A DNA stretch of 64,000 nucleotides from Eledone cirrhosa (Eukaryota): contig OZ024747.1 in the NCBI GenBank assembly GCA_964016885.1, positions 63,364,001-63,428,000 of the forward strand, written 5' to 3'. The translations under genes and the position numbers were made by a program. Positions 54,255 through 64,000 of this stretch are shown in pieces. Within the stretch, counting starts at the first letter, position 1. The number at the start of each line of letters is the position of its first letter. The notes under the pieces were generated by a model, which saw nothing but the letters and a program-made list of their open reading frames with translations, was not told the origin of the DNA and searched no databases.

Positions 54255-54488
54255 CATTGCTCCAGTTTACTCAGCTGTAGAAATGAGATGATAGGGACTG
54301 GGGTCCATATCGTTCCACTGCAAAGTGGTCGTGCAGGGGCCACGGCAAAAAAGCACCCAGCACTCACTGTAAATGAGGTTGGTGTTAGGAAGGGCATCCA
54401 GCTGTAGAAATGAAGCCAGAATCAGTTCCCGTCCCACCCTTGCAAGCAAGGAAAAAGCGGACGTAAAATGAAATGATGATGATGATGA
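54255..54488 (+). mobile_element. SINE family A, 5'-truncated
   Basis: Matches the 3' two-thirds of family A. Confidence 0.9.
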
Positions 54489-54522
54489 ACATTAATTCAA
54501 GTACAAAAACTGGAGCAATGAG

Positions 54523-54847
54523 TAGGGCTGGATTTAGACATTGAGGGAGGGGGGCAACAGTTCAGGTTGGTGGTGGGGGGGGGGGGGGGCGGGGGCGTAT
54601 CTCATACACAAAAAATTAGAATACACAGCAAATCCCTTAGTTTTACAGATCAAATTTAACATGGCACAAGTAATTGGAATTGAAAATTTATACATACAGG
54701 TATTAAATTCAAAGATTCTAACCATCCTAAAACTAAAAAAGCCCAGCTTAGAGCACAAATACATCGCTATGGCTGCCCCCCCCCCCACACACACTCCAAG
54801 GATCCTGAGACACTTTCCCCCTTTGCCCCCCATTAAATCTGGCCCTG
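54523..54847. mobile_element. MITE-like element with GC-rich imperfect TIRs
   Basis: TAGGGCTGGATTTA...TAAATCTGGCCCTG, with a G-rich left and C-rich right subterminal region. Confidence 0.5.
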
Positions 54848-55112
54848 TATCTGTGAGACACTGCTAACTCTTTGAATTATATGTGCAACAGTAATTCAAG
54901 TATAGAAACTGGAGCAATGAGAAATAAAAACAAAATGTGCTGTCCTGACTCAAACACTTAACCTCATGATCATGACCTGAACATTCTAACCATTAAACCA
55001 TGCAGCTTAACAATAATATACTGCAATATATAGTATATATAATTAGAATATGAGTTTTCGCTCTCACAGAGCAGATTACATAAATGTATTTATCGGTTTT
55101 ATATCAAATGAT

Positions 55113-55297
55113 AATAATTGTTTCTACTTTAGGCACAAGGCCAGCAATTACACAGTGCATTACTGGTACTTTATTTTATTGACCCCATAAGGATGAAAGG
55201 CAAAGTCAACCTCGGCGGGATTTGAACTCAGATCGTAAAGGGACGTAACTATGCTGGAAAGCATGGCGTCCGACCCTCTACCGGTACTGCCAATCCA
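55113..55297 (-). mobile_element. SINE family B
   Basis: Near-identical to 31459-31639. Confidence 0.9.
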
Positions 55298-55922
55298 AAT
55301 AATGATATTCAATTGATTTGCAAGGAAACTGCCCCATTTTGCTGTTTTGCTTTTGATGATCATCATCATCTGTTTGTTAAACAGTAGCATCGAAGAACTG
55401 CTGTGTTTCTAAGTTATTGGCCTTTGTCAAAACAGTGTACCTCTCTGCCACTGGTTTGAGCAGTTCAAACAAGTGGCAGAGAAGTACACAGTCTTGGTGA
55501 TAAAAGAAGAGATTAAAAGTGGATTGCATTTCGGTTTTTGTGGGTCAAATGGGCATGGTTGTGGTGGTCAGATATTGTTAAAATTAAATAGATGACACTT
55601 AGTGATATACCCCGATAAAATGGTTCAGGAAGTAAAATCGGCAAATGTATTGGTTTGAACAGCATTGAAAAACAATAAAAAGATGAGATAAATTGGAAAA
55701 GTAAAAGCTCTAAGTTTCTTACATGCACACACATACACACACACATGCACCTACATATCATCATCATCACTGCTTGACATCCATTTTCCCACTCTTGCAT
55801 GAGTTAGACAGGTTGTCCATGGCAGGAGGCAAGTCTGGCCAGAGTATGTATGTATAAATATTTATATGTATATATTTAAATATATATGTATATATATATG
55901 TAAATATGTGTGTGTGTCTGTT

Positions 55923-55961
<39 letters not shown>

Positions 55962-55963
<2 letters not shown>

Positions 55964-56428
55964 TGGTGGCTGCCAACTCGTTTTCGAGTACGGCCACTAC
56001 TTTATATCCATGTAGGAGAACCCCTACTGATGCGCTGAACGAGTGTGGCTTTTTAATCCAAGCCAGCGACTTGAAAACTCTGGTGCAAACACTACACTTG
56101 TGACAATTATTGACACATAGTGCTGGGCCCATGGTACCATGTGACGACAAGTGCAGAGAGATCTCCAGATATAAAGCAATGCCTGTGCCGTGAAGCTTTT
56201 ATAGTGAGCAAAGGCACTGCACAAAGCCAGTCCCACTCTCTTAACCAAGATGATATTTACCAAAAAGAAGAACAAGTCAACATCATTGGATACCATCAGG
56301 GTTGCAGGTGTTATATCAGAGTTTTCCTTCTCCTAGAATTCTGCCTTGACAAAGGCTAAGGGGTTATCTCTCTCGGTGATTTTGGATGGCCATTGACTCT
56401 TACGAGCTCCTTTGCCCTTTGACAGGTT
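55962..56428 (-). mobile_element. Second, longer copy of the RTE-derived element
   Basis: Reverse complement of 51715-52107 plus ~70 bp more 5' sequence; the ORF track shows almost identical peptides. Confidence 0.8.
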
Positions 56429-56889
56429 TTATATATATACACATACATACATACATACATATACATACACAAATATATTCAATAATGGCCATTTATTTTG
56501 AAAAAAACTGTCATCCAACTTCAACATTCCTATTATTGTTAAACATTTTTATTTGATATTTTCAAATGAGTCTCAGTTAATGTTACTGAATAGTGTCTTA
56601 TTTGCCTCAATTGGCAACAATTTACTGCTTATGTGAATTAAAATTTAAAAGCTGTTTAAAATATATATATAAAAAAATACGATGAAATCAAATTGTCAGA
56701 AAAATTAAATTTGAAGAAGTTAGATTTTTTTTGTTCGTATGGATTTTTCTGAAGTTTGTTTTTTAGATATAAACTGTATTATTGATTTCAATTTCAATAT
56801 AAACATTTATATAAATTTTTCATTATTTTGTCGTAGCATGGATATATCTTTAATATCTCTTGTGCTTCAATTATAAACAACAATAAAGA

Positions 56890-57190
56890 AACAACCATCA
56901 TCACCAACACCAACAGCAACAACCCCAACACCATCAACACCACTACCATCACCACCACTGCCAACACCACTGCTGCCACCACCAACACCACCACCACAAC
57001 TGCCACCACCACCACCACCACCGACAACAACAACAACAACCCCAACACCATCAACACCACTACCACCACCACCAACAACAACAACCCCACCACCAACAAC
57101 ACCACCAAAACCACCATCATCATCACCACAATTGCCACCACAATCACCACTATCGCTACCAACACCAACTTCACCATCACCACCAACATC
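56890..57190. repeat. Degenerate (CAC/CAA)n trinucleotide repeat
   Basis: Direct inspection. Confidence 0.9.
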
Positions 57191-58499
57191 ATATGTAGTA
57201 GAACATGTAAATGTTTAGCATTTAATCCGGCCATATCCAACCAGAATTCTCTCACCTCTTTCTGTCCAAACCGGCTGTAACTGGCCGTTTATACTTAAGG
57301 TATTGTCCTCATAATAAATATGAAAATCTTGTAGCATCGATATTATGTGAGATATTTAAGCGAGGTAAAGCCTTTACCACAAAATACAATAGTATATATA
57401 GAGTAATGTACATGCTAAAGGGTTAATTAAGTAATGGCTATTTTCAAGAATGGGAGAGAGAGTGTGTGTATGTGTGTGCATACATTTATGCTTTTAAGTG
57501 CATGTGTATATGTATGTATACATTTGTGTGTGTACATATGTAATGTGAAGGTGCGTGGCTTTGTGGTTAGGGTATTCGCCTGATGATCTATGAGATTTTG
57601 ATATTATTTATTTTGAGAATAATACCTTAATATCAGTAAGAGCGACTGGTTACAGCCAATTTGAACAGAAAGAGTAAGAGAATTCTTGCTGGATATGGCC
57701 AGTTTAAATGTTAAAGGGTTAAAGTAATATCAAATATATAGTTAACAATAATTTTACTAGATATATAAATCAGTACATTTATATAGTTATAATAAATTAA
57801 AAATTATAACCATTTAAAAGTGAAATAAAAATATCTCCCATTCTTCTGTGGCCCTGGAGCCCTTGCTTTTCCCTTCCTTTTCCATTGTTAAATATTTGTA
57901 GTGTTTTTTAATTATTTTATATTCATTCATTAATTAACGTGTGTATATTTCTATGTAAATTCCTAGATTATTACTAATTTAAGCTCCCATAACTTTTTTA
58001 TATTGTTTTCTTTTTTAAAGAAATATAACAGATAATCAATATAGATAAACCTTACAATTGCTTAAAATAAGAGATCCAAACAAATGTTTATTTTACTTAT
58101 AAATAGGAGAATTTTAATATCTTTGTTACAATATTTCTTAAATGAAAGACACTGCTTAGGATTTCCAAATAGTTTTCGAAATATTTATGAATTTGGAGTG
58201 ATTTAGTAATATAACTAATCTTCTCATTACTATGCAGATGTTTCAAACATATCTTAACAAAGGATCTGATGGAAAGTTTTCTTTTTTTTTTAATAATCAT
58301 GAATTTGGAGATATTTAGTTATGTAATTAACTTTATCAATATTATGTTGGTTTATGGAAAAAAACGTAACGGTGGTTTTACAGGGAAATGTCAGAGAAAA
58401 ATAAACAATTTATAACAAACAGTTTTGTATTGTGGAGCCAGGCCGTATGGAATTAAATGTTTTATATAGTGTTATAGAAATACTTAAGACATGTTAAAG

Positions 58500-58950
58500 A
58501 AAGAATCTGATTGCGAATACAAACAGCCAAAATGGGATTCCCCAGAAAGGGTTTTGGAGTAACATTACTTGTTGGAGTGAGTAGCTCAGAGATCACAGAG
58601 TTACTCCAGTTAGAGCCACTACTTCCCTAAATTGAGAGATCACAGCTCTGATACTATGGGCATAAGGTTAGAATGTCTCAGGAAAGAATCGCTGGACAGA
58701 TTTTATGGGCAAAACCAACCAGCAGCAGACCAAGGTGTAGACCCCAAGCAAGATGGTTGGATAACATCCATGACCTTGGCTGGTCATGCTTGGAGATCCA
58801 GCCGAATCAGTTGGCGATGGCTGCTCCTGACAGGACCCGTTTGAAAGAGTGTTTGAGCACTCTGCTCCCATGACCCTCTCAAGAGGAGGAGGAAGAAGAA
58901 GAAGGAGGAGGAGAAAAAGAAGAAGAGGAGGAGGAGAACAAGAAGAAGAA
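58500..58950 (+). mobile_element. RTE-clade LINE 3' fragment (same family)
   Basis: MSQERIAGQILWAKPTSSRPRCRPQARWLDNI; (GAA/GGA)n tail. Confidence 0.85.
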
Positions 58951-59477
58951 AAAGGACAGTATAAGATTTTTGAAATTAAATAAGAGAATAAAAACAAAAC
59001 AATACGGTTTTACATTGAGCTTAAGTTCACATTAGTGCTTGAAATTGTGATGGGAAGTTTATCTTTTAGGAAATGAAATAGTCATTAAGTTAGAAATTCC
59101 TTAGAATTAAAATGAACATGACAAATGCTTTTAGAGATTACATTACAGTTTGTGAAGGTGGTGATAGGGAAATCAATACTGTTTGTATGATTAAAGAAAT
59201 AGTTGTACATAATGAGTTTTCTCAAAGTAATCATGAAAAACACTGCACATTACAGTTTATTTCACATGTATATTCAGTTATTCATTTACTGGTTTCAGTA
59301 ATTTGACTGTTGTCATGTTAGGGCACCATCACTTTGATTTAGACAATCACATCGACCCCAGGACTTATTTTATTAAGTCAAATTCTTATTATTTTATTGA
59401 TTCCGTTTTTGTCAAACCGCTAAGTTACAGGACACATCCATGGACACAAATGTAAACACAGAAACAGCAACAGATGG

Positions 59478-59528
<51 letters not shown>

Positions 59529-59557
59529 AGAGTGTGTGTGTGTCGATATATATATTA

Positions 59558-59797
59558 CCCCCAGTAGACCCGACAGAGGGTCCAGCTATTGAGATTGACG
59601 AATATAGGGTACAAGAGGCAATTAAGAAAATGAAGAATGGTAAGGCTGCTGGACCATCAGGGATAGTTGCTGAGATGCTGAAGGCATCAGGAGAAGTAGG
59701 CACTAAACTAGTTGCACGCATCATTAATCAAGCTATATATGGTGGTGTCATACCCAAAGACTGGTGCAGCAGTATTCTCATAAATTGCTACAAAGGA
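59558..59797 (+). pseudogene. RTE-type reverse transcriptase N-terminal fragment
   Basis: VQEAIKKMKNGKAAGPSGIVAEMLK...IPKDWCSSILINCYKG (non-LTR RT domains 0-1), flanked by (AT)n. Confidence 0.85.
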
Positions 59798-60506
59798 GTA
59801 TATATATATATATATCCGTATGTGGTTGACAGCTGAGAGAATGGAGTACTCAATACGGAAGTAGAGTTTTAATATTCATTTATATTCAGGTTAAAAAGCG
59901 AAACTCCAGAATAAAAAGACTCAATTTTTAGCCAAAGCGTTTGAACAACAGAGATTTCATTTCTGTTACGCGGACAATAGTTCTAGATATAGTTATTCCC
60001 TTATGTGAGAAACTATGCATTGCAGTATTGTGGGAAGCTGATGATTCAGATAATGCTAAGTTCCTTTTTTCGTGTTAGTCTAGTCTTTCTATATTTCTAT
60101 CTATCTCTTCGTTTTTCTCCATAAGCCCTGCTCCATCATTTTCGTCCCCATCTTTCTCCTCTCCTCCTCTTCCCTTCTCTCTCTCTATAACCCTCTCATT
60201 TCTCATCTCATAATTTAGACTCTCTTTCTCCATCTTTCTGTTCGATTTGAGGTTATATAAAAAAAAAGAAAACTTTTACTATGCATATATATATATATAT
60301 ATATATAAATTTTAGTACAGCATTGACGAAGCTTTAGAATACGGCCAAGCTAGCGTATATGCATAATCGGTCTGTAGCTTGAGCACTCAGATGAGGAAAG
60401 ACCCCAGAGTAATAACATTACGTTCAGACAGCTTAGCAAATCAGATATAGCGGTCGGCAGTCCAGCCGCATCACTAGAGCAACGAAAATACAGGACCCAG
60501 GAAAAG

Positions 60507-60546
<40 letters not shown>

Positions 60547-60910
60547 TAGGTAGTATGGTGAAATACTGGTGTTGGTACCAAATTAAGCACTCTATGCATG
60601 GCCACCGGCATATCACAATGATTGCATAACTGCACCAATGATTATGTAAGCATCTGACAAATTCACATGAATAACCATGTTAGAGAAATACATATTATGC
60701 AATAAACAATTATGGTAATTTAATCCCGTCTTAAGTACCATCATTTTACTTCATCACACATTATCACCTACCTGGGATAAACTACTGACATGTAGTGCTT
60801 TGGATCTCTAGGACCTGCTTATGTAACAACTAAGATAAACCACACTATTGTACAACTACATAGACTGTACCGATTGTGTTGTTATTTCTGTTTACCTTTT
60901 ACATATATAT

Positions 60911-61254
60911 AGCACATGGCTTAGTGGTTAGAGCATTAGCCTTGCAATCGAAAGGTTGTGAGTTCAATTCTCAGACCGGGTGATGTGTTGTTTCCTTGAG
61001 CAAGACACTTTATTTCACATTGCTCCAGTTTACTCAGCTGTAGAAATGAGATGATAGGGACTGGGGTCCCTATCATTCCACTGCAAAGTGGTCGTGGAGG
61101 TGCCACGGCAAAAAAGCACCCAGCACTCACTATAAATGAGGTTGGTGTTAGGAAGGGCATCCATCTGTAGAAATCAAACCAGAATCAGTTCCCGTCCCAC
61201 CCTTGCATGCAGGGAAAAGTGGACATAAAATGAAATGATGAATGATGATGATGA
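60911..61254 (+). mobile_element. SINE family A, near full length
   Basis: Matches 113-450 along its length. Confidence 0.9.
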
Positions 61255-61311
61255 TATATATTTATACAATATATTAATAAATGGAAATTATATTTATAAA
61301 ACCATAATTAT

Positions 61312-61370
61312 TTTATTATATATATTTCAAGGGCAACCAAGGCAATTTTGGTGCGCTTTCATCAGATAAA
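61312..61370 (-). ncRNA. Minimal type I hammerhead ribozyme (intact core), homologue of 6220-6284
   Basis: Minus strand reads UUUAU-CUGAUGA-AAGCGCACCAA(loop)UUGGUUGCCCUU-GAAA-UAUAUA-UA|AUAAA. The flank at 61271-61330 aligns with 6182-6243. Confidence 0.75.
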
Positions 61371-61998
61371 TTACAAAATATGTTTTATAAATGTTATATA
61401 TTTATATATATATTGTTTTCTATATACACAGATATATATATATATTGTTTTGCTTTTATACTTCTCATTTTGTTTTCTTCCTGAGCTTGTGTGATTAGCG
61501 AAGTGAATTTCTGAATACAAAATGGTTTAAGCAATGTAACCTTGCTAAAACTGTTGTCTTCTGCTACAGCAAAGAATGATCCATTATGATTCTTAGTTCA
61601 GTGTGTTCTCCTAGAAATAGAGAACAACCACTCCTACTTTCAAATCTTAAAGGATATTAAGTAAGATGGGTGGTAAATTTCACATCAAATGCTTTTGTTT
61701 CGTTTATATTTAAAAATATAAATTTTTCAAACGTTATCCTACTGAGGCTAATGTAGAAACATTGTTACAAATGTCTAAAGTAAATCAAAAGAAAATCATC
61801 CTCATATGGGATCTATCCCAATCTATATTGTCTTAGTTCACTTAAGTTGAAAGAAACATTGGTAATGCAATTTTAACAGATATTTTCTTTCTTGTATATA
61901 CTCTTTGTAAAAGAGGAGTGGTCGATAAATAACAAATATGTTGGGTTGTGGATTGTTACTGGTTACACAGAACATAGTATAAATATTACTTGGAATAT

Positions 61999-62290
61999 GG
62001 GGGCATTGTGGCCTAGTGGTAAGTGTGTTGGACTTATGTTGGACGTATCATAATGTTGTGGGTTCGATTCCTGGGCTGGGTTGTGTGTTGTGATCTTGAA
62101 CGAAAAAATTCATTTCATGCTGCTCCAGTATACTCAGCTGAAAATGAACCAGAAATAGTTGGTGGTTTAACCCTGTGATGGACTGGTTTTCTGTCCATGG
62201 AGGAGTTTTATACTCTCAGTCACTTCACGTCATGAAACCGGGATAAGCACCAGCCTTACTTCTAGCTTAAGACAGACTTTAGACTTTTAG
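61999..62290 (+). mobile_element. SINE family D (tRNA head, shared core, CCCTGTGATGGACTGG domain)
   Basis: A box TGGCCTAGTGG, B box GGTTCGATTCC, (AGACTTT)n tail. A partial inverted copy is at ~31175-31370. Confidence 0.75.
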
Positions 62291-64000
62291 AATATGCAAG
62301 GCTGGTACTACCAATAAGGGCAACTAAGCAGCAACCTTGGACACAGTAATCAGTGAGGTATATTGTTGAATCTTAAAGAATCACAGTTGTATACATATTT
62401 GTATAATTAATTGAAATATTTTAAAATTTCTTCCAATCAATAAATAATGACGAAATATCTTTGCTGACTAGCAAGCTTTGTGGAAATATCTAAAAGAGAG
62501 GATTATATGGAGTTATGAATTGTCACAGAATTTATCATGGGTGAATGTGGACTTTGTAGTGTAGTAGGAAGTGTTGGCTTAGTAATTCTTTTAGTTTGGC
62601 CGTGACACGGAGGTGGAGGGCAAGTTAGTTGGTGTTGAAGCATGTTTATTCAGACGTCACTTCAACAACTAAAGATAGACATAGTGTTAGACAAAGCTGT
62701 CGAAGAAGTGTCTTCTGTACTGAATGACTTATAACAGTAAATATAAAACTCTGCCTTGAAGAAATAATTTAGGGCATTAAATATCCAGGCACTAGCAATG
62801 CAGACATAATTATGTACATCCTTTTATATGGTTGATTCATTGATGACTAAACTGACCCTTACCCACCAGGCTAATGTGGTGAGAAGGATAGCCTTTTGGG
62901 TGGGTCTAGGAAGACAAATATTGGGGTATACTTCCTGGAAGATAAACTGTGACAGTCAACTTTAACTTTTTTTTATATCAAACTGCCTAAAACTGCTTCT
63001 GGCTTTTGAAATAAACTGTTTGTTTTTAAAGTGTTTGTATTCATCTAAAAACTATCCATCATAATTTTATGTGAGAACCTTTATGTTATATTCCAAACAC
63101 AAGCTTGCTAATGAGAAATTTAGTTATATTACTAAATCACTCAATAATTTTTATTATTTTCAAAATTATTTCAAAATCATAAGCAGTGTCTCTCATTAAA
63201 AAATATGGTAACAAATGAGTTAATGTGGTTTATGTCAGACTGTTGTGCTGGTAGGCAGCTACCTTCTACTGGAAAGACATATCATTTTAAACTTGGTTTG
63301 ACCACAGCTGATTTCTTCCAGAGAGAGAGAGAAGAATCAACACCAGTACTTGACATATATATCATATATATATAAATATACTATTAATATATATACTATT
63401 ACATATATATAAATATTTTATTAAAAACAATTTAATAGAAAAAGAAAAAAATAGATTCAGAAGAAAGAATGGAATGTAAAATAAGAAAATATAAAAAAAG
63501 GAAGGTAAAGGCTAGGGCTCAAGTGTCACAGAAGAGGGGGAAGGGGGTGATGGGCTCTTGGTCTAGGACATAGAGGTAATGTGGCTGCACCCTGCAGACA
63601 TGACTGCAAAAAGCATTCCTGCAGAAAATGGCCTGTGACACCTGCTGCAACAACCAGAAAGTTTGCTTTGGTGTTATTTGGACTCAAACTATAGAGAACC
63701 GGAATGAATACTGCAAGGCATTCTATCTGGAACTCTAATGTTTCTGCTAATTCACTGCTTTTAGTTGTATGCATTGAGAATTAAAATCAGCTGGAATTAA
63801 GAAACACAGGCACATTTCTAAGGTTACACCATGAATGTTTCTGCTTCATTTAATAATTCCATTTCATTGCAATCATGCCCAGTCAATCCTGTCTAACCAT
63901 TAAAGCATTTCAAAACGTTTTAAATAAAAATCAGAATGCCTGTGTCTATAGAATGTTGCCACATGAATTAAAACAGTGGTGCATTTCCAATTAAATAAAT

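Noticed and set aside
54544-54597. G-quadruplex-forming tract
   Set aside because: It lies inside a MITE-like element with a homopolymer run; no evidence of function.
56794-57255. 153-aa poly-Val ORF that looks like a membrane protein
   Set aside because: It is the reverse translation of a (CAC/CAA)n repeat and starts inside a MITE.

Overview
AT-rich, repeat-saturated animal genomic DNA that looks mostly intronic. The SINE families and (AT)n density resemble octopus genomes, but that is an inference. Nearly all ORFs in the supplied track are microsatellite artefacts. The only convincing host coding sequence is one 114-nt, phase 0-0 candidate exon on the + strand (44645-44758). Everything else I can identify is mobile DNA: several tRNA-derived SINE families; 3' remnants of RTE, CR1, CRE and R4/Dong LINEs; a Penelope-like (Naiad-type) GIY-YIG element with inverted arms; a non-autonomous Helitron; and TTAA-flanked and Tc1/pogo-type MITEs. 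The most notable signal is a dispersed set of minimal type I hammerhead-ribozyme motifs (CUGANGA...GAAA...UH). They lie in short islands between (AT)n tracts, several islands are long fold-back inverted repeats, and several carry a GAGYACTC motif. This suggests a population of non-autonomous, ribozyme-bearing Penelope derivatives. All calls were made by eye; no searches were run.
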